Positions 8,801 through 16,846 of a stretch of DNA of 64,000 bases are shown piece by piece. The number at the start of each line of letters is the position of its first letter. Position 1 is the stretch's first letter. The notes beneath the pieces were generated by a model, which saw only the letters and a list, made by a program, of their open reading frames with translations, made no database searches and had not been told where the DNA came from. A program made the translations under genes and the position numbers. This DNA is from a virus (Duplodnaviria > Caudoviricetes), in the IMG/VR virus record IMGVR_UViG_3300020457_000007, positions 23,786 through 87,785 of that record. One strand, 5' to 3'.

Positions 8801-11263
8801 CATACCATAGGTACCTCTAGCATCTAGTAGTCTGTAAGGTGATGAACCTGTACTTGGTTTAATTCTAAATCTGTTATCATCTACTCTCTCAGCATATACT
8901 GTAGCTGGTAGAGATAGGTTTGTGATTCCATCGTTGTTGTAATAGTAACGTGGATCGTCACCAGCAGTCTTAGTAATAACGATTTGGTCGTTAGTTACTG
9001 CACCGTGGTTCTCAACGTAGAAAGTATCGTCATCATTTGAACGATCCTGTACTAACATCAAGTAAGCGTTACCATAGTAATCTTGGTTATGTCCATATAC
9101 CCAAGAACCGTGTCCACGATAGTATCCATTCCACCAGTCATATCCATAACGGAAGTGGAATCCATTACCTGAATCTAGTGAGTAGTTATAACGATATCTG
9201 TTTGAACGATAGGTGTCTCTATCGTACATAGGACCCCAGTTACCATTTGTTAGAGTAGTTGGCTCTTCTGGTAGGTAGTCATTGTAGTTCCAACCTGGGT
9301 TGTATCCCCAAACTGAGTTACCACCATTGTACCAAGGGTTGTTGAATCTTCCGTCGTAGTTAGAGTTGTTTAAGTTACCTGAACCATTGTACTGACGACG
9401 GTTCATTGTTAAGAAGAATGCTCTGTTCCACTGGGAGTTAGAGATACCTCTGTTGCTTGAAATCTGGTTAAAGTCATAGCCTGAATGTGTTGAACCGAAG
9501 TTCCAAGCAGACCATCTATATCTCCAGTACCAGTCCCACCAAGGTTTCTCATCAGAAACGTATCTATGTACTAGAGCAAAGTTGTGCTTACCATAGTTGT
9601 AAGTAGCTGCATTACCCTGAAGTGAACTACTATCGTTCGCAAGGTTGATGATACCATTGGAACCTGGGTTACCACCAGAAGAAGCAGAGAAATATGCATT
9701 AGAAAGTTTAACTACAGCTGTACCACCATCAGCAGATGATGTGGATTCTACACGAGTGTTGTAGATACCGTGACGTTGTAAGTTTTCAATACAATAGTCA
9801 CCTGGGTTTGGATAGTAAAGTAAGCAATACCTAGAACGCATATAGTTAGCGTTAGTACCCTTCAAGGTAACTGTATGGTTAGTATAGTCTACATCACCAT
9901 CATTAACTGTCCAAAGAGCAGTTGGTTTATGGTCATATGGTTGGAACTGTGACATATCAGGTGTGATAGTCGCAGTGATTGTATCTTCATAGTCAACTAC
10001 AGGTCTAGAGTCAGCAGCAGTTGCTGTTGTGTTAGCTACCTGTAGGATCTTAGGAGAAATGGTGTTAACGAAGTACAATGCAGTACCGTTAGCAAAACCA
10101 TTCTCGAATGAAGTTGAAAGAACAACTTTAGAAGTTGTTGCAGGTGTGAAGGACATTTCAAATCCAACACCTGTGTTACCAGCCTGTGCATCATATGCAT
10201 ACAGAGTGGCAGGAGTATTATCTGTTACGTATATACGAACATAGGCACCAGTAGTACCTTCTGTTCCATTTGTGTAAACACCATCAGTATATGCAACACC
10301 ACCACCGTGGATACCATCAGCAGTAGTAGATACTCTGAATGGGTGTCCAATGTTGGAAGCATCGTGTACATTGAAGATGTACATACCGTTCTTATTAACG
10401 GTAAAGACTGACGTACCAACAACAACGTCATCAAGAGCAAAGTAGTTCTGTCCACCAACAGCTATGACAGTAACATCATATTCAAATGTGTCGGAAAGAA
10501 TACCCTTATCTGTTTGAAGACTAATGGCAGAACCTTCGTAGAACAGACCTGGAATAATACTTGTATATGAACCTGCAATGTCAGCACTAATTGCCTGAGT
10601 AGCACGTGCCTTATATGTAAAGGTAGTTGCACTAGGTACAGACTGAATTAGGTATGAACCTTCAGCAGTTGTAGATGCAAGACCAGATACAACAATAGGA
10701 ACACCAGATGTAAGACTGTGCTCATATAGAGTAGTAACAGTTACAACGTCAGAGTTAGCTGTAACTTCTACAGTCTGAATATAAGGTATTGTTGTGTCAG
10801 ATGTAGCAGAGTAAGTAGAAGGAATGTTGTTAACCAACTGTAGAGTTTCCCACTTAGTTGCCTGTGGCCCGTACTCAAAGTCGGTGTCAATCATCGTTTC
10901 TGGGTTTGAAACTCTCATTTTTGACACAGGGTCAATTAGAGTTTCAGACGGTTCAAACGCCATATAGTCTGATTCTACAAAGATCTGTAGCTTATCAGTT
11001 CCTGACATTGTACTGGTATCTGCAGCCAGTGTAATAACAGTTTCTTCAAAGTCCTCATTGTAATCACAACCTGTCTGGTTAGCAGCAGTTTGGAATCCTT
11101 TTGTAGGATCTGAGAAGTTGTATAAAATCTCGTTGTCGGTAACATTAGTAATCAGAAGGATTCTTTCTCCTGATATGTTATCCTTAATTGAAACAGTACC
11201 ACCCGTTAACGTAACGTTATCATACGGTACGAAGGTATAGTCACTGATTAGTTTCTTTGCCAT
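5885..11263 (-). CDS. Large virion structural / tail-associated protein (1792 aa)
   Basis: DPVSKMRVSNPETMIDTDFEYGPQATKWE N-domain, RQTRRYFRYQSGKG lectin-like C-domain, repeated H.L..G..V.Y beta modules. Confidence 0.8.
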   Translation of the reverse strand: MAKKLISDYTFVPYDNVTLTGGTVSIKDNISGERILLITNVTDNEILYNFSDPTKGFQTAANQTGCDYNEDFEETVITLAADTSTMSGTDKLQIFVESDYMAFEPSETLIDPVSKMRVSNPETMIDTDFEYGPQATKWETLQLVNNIPSTYSATSDTTIPYIQTVEVTANSDVVTVTTLYEHSLTSGVPIVVSGLASTTAEGSYLIQSVPSATTFTYKARATQAISADIAGSYTSIIPGLFYEGSAISLQTDKGILSDTFEYDVTVIAVGGQNYFALDDVVVGTSVFTVNKNGMYIFNVHDASNIGHPFRVSTTADGIHGGGVAYTDGVYTNGTEGTTGAYVRIYVTDNTPATLYAYDAQAGNTGVGFEMSFTPATTSKVVLSTSFENGFANGTALYFVNTISPKILQVANTTATAADSRPVVDYEDTITATITPDMSQFQPYDHKPTALWTVNDGDVDYTNHTVTLKGTNANYMRSRYCLLYYPNPGDYCIENLQRHGIYNTRVESTSSADGGTAVVKLSNAYFSASSGGNPGSNGIINLANDSSSLQGNAATYNYGKHNFALVHRYVSDEKPWWDWYWRYRWSAWNFGSTHSGYDFNQISSNRGISNSQWNRAFFLTMNRRQYNGSGNLNNSNYDGRFNNPWYNGGNSVWGYNPGWNYNDYLPEEPTTLTNGNWGPMYDRDTYRSNRYRYNYSLDSGNGFHFRYGYDWWNGYYRGHGSWVYGHNQDYYGNAYLMLVQDRSNDDDTFYVENHGAVTNDQIVITKTAGDDPRYYYNNDGITNLSLPATVYAERVDDNRFRIKPSTGSSPYRLLDARGTYGMTGLFVNPTKNTIYYQNHNLSNGERVFYTTAGTSIGNLTPNQTYYIRVASNDRFVLGNSVSFSYPGSEQDLTSAGSGTQVFENQTAAFGATDGAYNVSLVKSETQLVVDVPFQIVPTTKTFDAREIASGGIVDTTNMTLQIQDHFMRTGQRVIYQDAGGTTIGGLTDNRDYFVIVVDQDHIKLAESAALAVAGTNVTLTTGGSQTPAQKLIHTNMDGQVIGNGTIALNTGSRIAIGTDTTFTRYFKVGDVFRYVNNNSPGTFTIVSTTISAIKDDTELLMADAAAFTTGAVNSAGDTEYFIDTSIYVRPDGYFLHRPFDGGMDIGTSKSPDGQIVRQTRRYFRYQSGKGIQVSLAINFAPKNPSIRAWYVPYVDGTVVHRVAVQTKLPHNLEVGTNCEFVDATDNSYNGSYPIAYIYDAFTFSYNLDQAPTSSAAGGFTGYHVINWTNSNVRCGMFDFQNGMFFEYNGAVLSAVRRSSTTQLTGRVSVSKGSNVVTGSDTSFLSQIVAGEYIVIRGQSHKVIRVVNNDSLIIQPQYKGITAANIILTKTIDTKIPQGEWNVDKCDGSGKSGFILDITKIQMAYMDYSWYGAGKIRFGFKDQNGHVKYVHEFKHNNRLTEAYFRSGNLPARYEIHNTGIPSYIPSLFHWGTSIITDGRFDSDKAYLFTASGNLLKFTNEVSQNATTQSQSIVRSQWQIGEGWSRNMRFYLRTYFPTGESSKLTQGTTVYQASTANGWFVDGRAIYRSRISGGNLEVDFQYIDTNGNTTFQYNQGVSIINNALGNPAVPNGTQFAVGAPAGTDNTVPSQIPLVSIRLSPSVDSSLSGNLGEREIINRMQLQLNSLDVVNTHECEVKLILNPSLSTDSYLDVAPPSLSQLIKHTNDDTYAGGLEIFSFRAAGGQIDNTGKRGTGATSYDISSIIEMGNSILGGDGIFPNGPDLLTVTAEPVDLTGVDNSNPFTVTGRISWSESQA

Positions 11264-11310
11264 TGGTAGTCCCTTGTTTTATCTTGTGACAATTAAATAA
11301 TAAAAATCCC

Positions 11311-11538
11311 TCAACCGCCTAGGGCAATTGAGAGTGCAGCAATACTAGATGTGATGCCCACACCACCGATCTTTAGGGTCTTAGCAGTACCTGTCAAATT
11401 GACATCTCCACCGATGTCTAAGTCGCCAACTACGTTTCCTGTAGCGACATTTCTTAAGTTTCTTGATCCATCAAGAACTTCTGTGCCAGCAACGGACAAT
11501 CCGTTCTTAGCATTAAAATTTACGTTTGACGTTGCCAT
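11311..11538 (-). CDS. Short tail-fibre adaptor-like protein
   Basis: 75 aa; N-terminal NFNAKNGL and C-terminal ALSIALGG; TATAAATA upstream. Confidence 0.65.
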   Translation of the reverse strand: MATSNVNFNAKNGLSVAGTEVLDGSRNLRNVATGNVVGDLDIGGDVNLTGTAKTLKIGGVGITSSIAALSIALGG

Positions 11539-11586
11539 CGTGGTTCCCTGTCCCCCCGATTGATCGGAATATAGGTTTTCTTCAGT

Positions 11587-11594
11587 TATTTATA
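11587..11594 (-). promoter_or_regulatory. T4-type late promoter TATAAATA
   Basis: Exact consensus on the minus strand, intergenic. Other copies at 16839-16846, 18416-18423 and 28966-28979 (tandem); CTAAATA variants at 1233, 5170, 14142, 46871; GATAAATA at 5865 and 50870. Confidence 0.8.
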
Positions 11595-11597
11595 CAA

Positions 11598-12764
11598 TTA
11601 CACATTCATTGTGATTCTTGTGAACTGAATAAAGGTTCCTATTGTGGCAGTTGCAGAGAGTTCTAGATTAGCACCATTCATTGCAGCAGTAAATGTAGCT
11701 ACTGCATTTCCTGGATTTGAATGTACATCACCGTACATTGTGACGAATGCATCGGTTCCGTCGTGAGTAAGAATTACTTCACTGGTTGAGACGTGTCCAC
11801 CGTGTGAAGCATATACTGTATATTTTGCACCACGTACATTTGCAGCAACTAAAGTATCAAATGCTTCGGTTGCAGATGTTGTAGTTAATGTACCAGCACT
11901 AATACCTGTCTTATCTGTAATATTAATGTGGTCTGAATTATTTGTAGTACCAATCTTAACCACTGAAGAACAGGATATATCTCCTGTGACAGTAAGAGTT
12001 AGAGGAATATGAGTATCGTAATTATTGTATATTGAAGATCCTCTTATTTCTAATGCTGGACTTGCTTGGTTACTAATATGGAAACTAATATTTTGATTAG
12101 TTGTACTGATCTCACTAAAGTTACCATTCTCTTTTAAAGAAATAGTATTATTGAATAGTGGATGTGTATTGTTTAACTGTATAGATCCCAGAAGAGTTGT
12201 GTCATCTGGTTTTAGTAGCAATGATCCATCACCACCAACTAACCTAGCTTGATTAGCAGTAGTACCAAATTTAAGTTCTTTGTTATTGTCTAACTGTATA
12301 TCACCAGCAGACAAGTGTAGACGTGCAGTCGGGTTTGCAGTTCCGATACCTACACGGTGATTGATATGATCAATTACAAGTGTTGTACTATCTAAGTTAG
12401 TAGCACCAGTAACATCCAGTCCACCCATAGTAAAGGTAGCACCTTGGTTTAATTTGATAGCACTAATAGTACCATCAGAAGGTTCACCAACATCTATAGT
12501 ATCTCCAATAACCAATCCAAAGAAATCAATACCTGGATTAGGAGGATCGGAAAATGTTAATTGATCGTTATTAATCTGGAAAGCAACGTTTGCTTCTTGC
12601 ATTACACCACCAAGTGATATAAGCAACTGTAAAGGAGAGCCAGGATATATTACTTGTCCACCAACACGCAAATTGAAAGTAGTCAACACACCATTAAACT
12701 GTGAAGCTACGTCATCCAATTTACGGATGTTACCTATCTTTGGTGTTATGCCTAAGTATGCCAT
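11598..12764 (-). CDS. Tail fibre-like structural protein
   Basis: MAYLG start; LDD..SQFNG..TTF.L...SLGGVMQ...F..PP domain; RVGIGT.NP...LH; C-terminal AKY.V...E..L.HDGT domain. Confidence 0.75.
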   Translation of the reverse strand: MAYLGITPKIGNIRKLDDVASQFNGVLTTFNLRVGGQVIYPGSPLQLLISLGGVMQEANVAFQINNDQLTFSDPPNPGIDFFGLVIGDTIDVGEPSDGTISAIKLNQGATFTMGGLDVTGATNLDSTTLVIDHINHRVGIGTANPTARLHLSAGDIQLDNNKELKFGTTANQARLVGGDGSLLLKPDDTTLLGSIQLNNTHPLFNNTISLKENGNFSEISTTNQNISFHISNQASPALEIRGSSIYNNYDTHIPLTLTVTGDISCSSVVKIGTTNNSDHINITDKTGISAGTLTTTSATEAFDTLVAANVRGAKYTVYASHGGHVSTSEVILTHDGTDAFVTMYGDVHSNPGNAVATFTAAMNGANLELSATATIGTFIQFTRITMNV

Positions 12765-12767
12765 TTC

Positions 12768-13745
12768 TTAAATGATAAGTAATTTGCCGTTTGTTCCAGA
12801 TGTACCTTGAGCACCACCTTGTCCTGCGGTACCTCTATCTGGATCAGCATTATTGCCAGGAGTTTCGTTTGTCCCTCCTAAAGTCGAACCAGCTTGTATT
12901 CTAGTCTGATCTATATATGAAGATCCTCCACCACCCCCGTGGCCATTGGTATCTCCTGAACCGCCACCACCACCTCCGTAGTAGCCAGCACCGCCCCCAC
13001 CACCAGGATAGATGAGCAACATACCTGCTCTACCACCAATGAGAGAACCACCATCTAAGGAATCTGTGAAACCAGCAAATCCACCTTCGGATTGACTACC
13101 TCCACCTCCTCCTCTTTGATCGAATAGTTGACCTATTTGACCATTAAGAGCACCACCAGCACCGCCTCTCTGATCAGCACCAGCACCACCGCCTCCAGCA
13201 GCAATCAATAATGCATTAGATTGAACAGCAGAATTACGGAAGACTCCTGAGAATCCACCACCACTTCCACCATATCTTGCACCATAGATACCACCGAGAC
13301 CACCACCACATTCTCCAGCAGTAGCAGCATTTGAGGAACGTGGATCACCTGCTCCACCAACACAGATATGATATGTTTCGCCAGGTTCTAATTCCAAACC
13401 ACCAGCTACATATCCACCTGCACCACCAATACTTCCACTGTCAACACCACCACCTCCACCAGCACCCCAAGCAGTAAACTGCACAGTAATGATAGCGTCA
13501 CCAGTGACATTAGATTGCAATGTATACTCACCCAAGTTTAAGGTTAGTTTTCCTTGAGTGTCTAAATCGTGATTAATTACAGGATCACCGTTCTGAGGAG
13601 TAATAATGATATTACGTACTGGCTCGTACTGAGATTTCCTAATTCTTGAAGTATCATAAAAAGGACGCAAATGTCCCTCATCGGTCATATTGTCCAACCG
13701 ACTCTCGTAATTTAAGGTCTTTAGATTACCGATACGAAAAGACAT
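12768..13745 (-). CDS. Glycine-rich tail fibre/adhesin-like protein
   Basis: WGAGGGGG...GGAGGY, LIAAGGGGAG, GGGGAGYYGGGGG, GGGGSSY polyglycine motifs. Confidence 0.75.
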   Translation of the reverse strand: MSFRIGNLKTLNYESRLDNMTDEGHLRPFYDTSRIRKSQYEPVRNIIITPQNGDPVINHDLDTQGKLTLNLGEYTLQSNVTGDAIITVQFTAWGAGGGGGVDSGSIGGAGGYVAGGLELEPGETYHICVGGAGDPRSSNAATAGECGGGLGGIYGARYGGSGGGFSGVFRNSAVQSNALLIAAGGGGAGADQRGGAGGALNGQIGQLFDQRGGGGGSQSEGGFAGFTDSLDGGSLIGGRAGMLLIYPGGGGGAGYYGGGGGGSGDTNGHGGGGGSSYIDQTRIQAGSTLGGTNETPGNNADPDRGTAGQGGAQGTSGTNGKLLII

Positions 13746-14119
13746 TATGATTCCTTATCACCGATTAAAATAACGGTTACTTTGTTTGACGAATCTGTCA
13801 AACCAAATACAGCATCGTTCTCATCTGTTAGGACAATAGGATAATTTAGTTCAACATAAAATGTTTCACCAGATGCTAGCTCCTGTCTAAGAAACTGTTG
13901 TGGTTTAGATGCTACGTCTAGAGTGTCTAGTGCACCTACATTATCCTCAAGATAATACAAGTTGACAGTTTCAGTTGTGGTTGCACCATTAAAAATGACG
14001 AAACCTTTTAGATATGTTTTTGTAGTAGCTGGATTAACGTAAATAGGAGCCGCAGTTGTATTGGGTACAAACTGTATATTCTTGTTGTTGTACGTTAAAT
14101 TTCCCCTTGAAAGTGCCAT
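13745..14119 (-). CDS. Small virion structural protein (beta-sandwich, fibre-associated)
   Basis: IYVNPATTKTY.K...IFN...ETV.L...LASGET...L...IVL...D family pattern. Confidence 0.6.
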   Translation of the reverse strand: MALSRGNLTYNNKNIQFVPNTTAAPIYVNPATTKTYLKGFVIFNGATTTETVNLYYLEDNVGALDTLDVASKPQQFLRQELASGETFYVELNYPIVLTDENDAVFGLTDSSNKVTVILIGDKES

Positions 14120-14144
14120 TGTATACTAGTAGCCTCCGTAGTAT

Positions 14145-15512
14145 TTAGCTGAACAGCCAGATGTCTCGCATTTCATTGCGATCGCTGAAATCCATATTGA
14201 CAGTGCCGTCCCCATTACTACTAGTTACAACTAAGTTGTATCCAATTTCAGCAGTGGATGAAGCAGGGAATATAACGTTCCCCAAACGAATTCTGTTAGG
14301 TGTCGGACCACCAGGATCTGCCTGAATGGTTACACCTTGTATGGTAGCATTATTAAGTGTTGCTGTATTAATAATACCACCAGTAGCATCGGCTTTTAAA
14401 GCAATCGCATTGTTAATGGTGGTACTAAAGTTAGCATCATCTCCTAAAGCAGTACTTAATTCATTCAATGTATTAAGTGCACCAGGAGCAGCACCAATCA
14501 AGTCATTAAGTTCTTGACGAACAAAACTTGTGGTAGCTAATTTTGTAGAGTTGTCATTAAGAGTTTGGAGTACAGCAGTTGAGTCGGCAGCGACGTTAAC
14601 TGTAGTCCTGTCTGCTAATGAACCTAAAGAGTTCTCGGTGGTAATGTAAGTCCCGTCAGAGACTAAAATATCGGTGGCGACACCGCTTACTACTGCAAAT
14701 AAATGGAAGTTATCACCATTTTGAACTAATTCTGTTCTGCCACCTGTGTCATCAGACTCAAGGACAATTTTTGGTAGGGTAGTTGCTTTGACTCGTAGTG
14801 CATTAGAACTTCCAGCACTATCAATATCAACTTTAAATGATGGACTATAGTTTCCTACACCTATAGATCCATAACAATCTACATTCCTGACATTAATATC
14901 ATCAGTTGTTAGTAGTTCAGTAGCACCAGATCTTCCATAGAAAGAAGATACCGCACTGGTAGGTCCAACAAGTGAGGATGAGAAACCAATATGGTTGACT
15001 TCAATTTCACTGTTGATATCTGGAGCATTGTCAAAACGTAGAGTTAAATTTTGTCCAACCAAGGTATAAGCATTCTTATGCTGTACCAAACCATCTATGG
15101 TAACTAGAATGGCATTAAGGTTAGGAGCTGCCTTTGACATTACGTAATCAACGTCAACACCATTAGCAGTAAACGTTTCAGAGAAGATCTCTGAACGATC
15201 CATATTATTAACTACAGAACTTTGAACCTGTCCAAAGAAAGTATCACCTACTGAAGGTGCTTCGGAGAAATAGATTCTCTCTCCTTGTACCCAGAATGAA
15301 CCTGGAGCACTAGAAGAACTACCTGTATTAGGTTGTTGATGTACCCCGTTCAAGGATACTGTCAATTGCATTGTCTGACCAACTGTTACAGGGTCATTGT
15401 TTGTCGTACGTAAAAGAAAGTTATCTGTAGTACCGTCAAATTGAGAGGAAATATTTTGGATCTCCTTGATCTTTGAGACGTACGCTTCTGGATTAAGACC
15501 AAGATATGCCAT
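14145..15512 (-). CDS. Tail fibre-like structural protein
   Basis: MAYLG start; two FDG/ANG..F..AP domains; STKLATTSFV and LIGAAPGALNTLNELSTALGDDANF fibre motifs. Confidence 0.8.
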   Translation of the reverse strand: MAYLGLNPEAYVSKIKEIQNISSQFDGTTDNFLLRTTNNDPVTVGQTMQLTVSLNGVHQQPNTGSSSSAPGSFWVQGERIYFSEAPSVGDTFFGQVQSSVVNNMDRSEIFSETFTANGVDVDYVMSKAAPNLNAILVTIDGLVQHKNAYTLVGQNLTLRFDNAPDINSEIEVNHIGFSSSLVGPTSAVSSFYGRSGATELLTTDDINVRNVDCYGSIGVGNYSPSFKVDIDSAGSSNALRVKATTLPKIVLESDDTGGRTELVQNGDNFHLFAVVSGVATDILVSDGTYITTENSLGSLADRTTVNVAADSTAVLQTLNDNSTKLATTSFVRQELNDLIGAAPGALNTLNELSTALGDDANFSTTINNAIALKADATGGIINTATLNNATIQGVTIQADPGGPTPNRIRLGNVIFPASSTAEIGYNLVVTSSNGDGTVNMDFSDRNEMRDIWLFS

Positions 15513-16156
15513 TAGACTGATACCTCCATAACACTGGCAATACAGTCTAGAGAACTTACCGTGTCACATTTAACTAGAATTTCGTCACCCAGTCCTACAT
15601 CTACTTTAACTAGAGCATCACCAGATGTGTGAGTAGTAGGAGTTGAGTTTGCTTGTGCTCTATCAACGTTGAGAGTAGTATCACCAGCACCAGCTAGTGA
15701 AGTAATCTTCATAATCTCATTGTTGATTTTGATATAATCTAGAGCATTAAGTTTTGGACCTGTGTTGTCACTGATAGTAATCGATACAATACTAGCAGAT
15801 GTTATGTTAGCAGCAAGAGTATCACTAACTGCTGGAGTTGAATCTCTATAACCGTCAGGGTTATATTCTAAAATAATCTTTTGTCCCTGCATAACTTCAA
15901 ACGCTGACCCAGCAGGGATGGGAACGTTCTTTACGATCATCACATCATCCTTTGGATACTGAGGATCGATACTAAATGCTGGGTATCTATTAATTGATAC
16001 TTCAGCAATCACCGCCGTTTGGGTGGTGTTTGATAGGTTACATCCAATAATAACTGTTTGCTTCTCAGTTTGTGTTCCTTGAAGTTCAACAGCATATATG
16101 GAAGTCGTAGATGTTCCTACGTTTTGTTTTGAAGTTGAGATGAATTTATTTGCCAT
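15512..16156 (-). CDS. Virion structural protein with an inserted beta domain
   Basis: MANKF...TVIIGCNLSN...IVKNVPIPAGS...LDCIAS.ME; internal YIKINNEIMKITS...VDRAQ...H..G module. Confidence 0.65.
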   Translation of the reverse strand: MANKFISTSKQNVGTSTTSIYAVELQGTQTEKQTVIIGCNLSNTTQTAVIAEVSINRYPAFSIDPQYPKDDVMIVKNVPIPAGSAFEVMQGQKIILEYNPDGYRDSTPAVSDTLAANITSASIVSITISDNTGPKLNALDYIKINNEIMKITSLAGAGDTTLNVDRAQANSTPTTHTSGDALVKVDVGLGDEILVKCDTVSSLDCIASVMEVSV

Positions 16157-16162
16157 TGTTAA

Positions 16163-16816
16163 TTAACCGAGAGCGATAGCAAGTGCAGTAGCGTCAAGAC
16201 CCGCTTCAACAGATACACCGACCTGTGCAGCAAGGGTATTCACCTCAGCCTGCAATTCATTGATCGCATTAACGAGGTTTGCTTTGTTTTGAGTAGTTAA
16301 GTTAGTAAGATTACCGATAGTGATATCTTTAATCTCATTGATAGCAGCAACTATACTAGATTTAGATACTGTACTTAAGTTAGAAAGAACACCGATAATG
16401 ATATCCTTTGTTTCGTTAAGAGCAGCTACCAGACTGGTGTGGTCAGCAATGTTTGCTGATAAACCTGCAAGGTTACCTACATCTTGATCTAGTTCATTGA
16501 GTGCATTAACAATACTAGTTTTATCAGTAGTAGTCAGGTTAGACAAACTTTTGATAATAGTAGTAGTGATATAGTTGATCGCTTCGACAACATTGTCTTT
16601 ATCGTTAGCTGGAATTTCTCCAGTGATAGAAGCAATCGGACCTAATTCTGTGTCTAATTCAAGAAGACAATCAGTTATAGTCTGAGCAACTAAATTGTTA
16701 GCTACAGACTGGGCAATAATTTTGCCAGAAAAATCACCATTGTCAACACCGATCTCGTTGATCTCGACACGTTGTTGTTCAAAGGTAAAATTTTTGTCTA
16801 CAGTTCTTACTGGCAT
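16163..16816 (-). CDS. Coiled-coil repeat fibre protein (fibritin-like)
   Basis: About 6 repeats of L.NLTT..K.S.V.A.NE.; FTFEQQRVEINEI N-terminus; ALAIALG C-terminus. Confidence 0.7.
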   Translation of the reverse strand: MPVRTVDKNFTFEQQRVEINEIGVDNGDFSGKIIAQSVANNLVAQTITDCLLELDTELGPIASITGEIPANDKDNVVEAINYITTTIIKSLSNLTTTDKTSIVNALNELDQDVGNLAGLSANIADHTSLVAALNETKDIIIGVLSNLSTVSKSSIVAAINEIKDITIGNLTNLTTQNKANLVNAINELQAEVNTLAAQVGVSVEAGLDATALAIALG

Positions 16817-16846
16817 TAGACTTATAGGTTCTCGGTTTTATTTATA

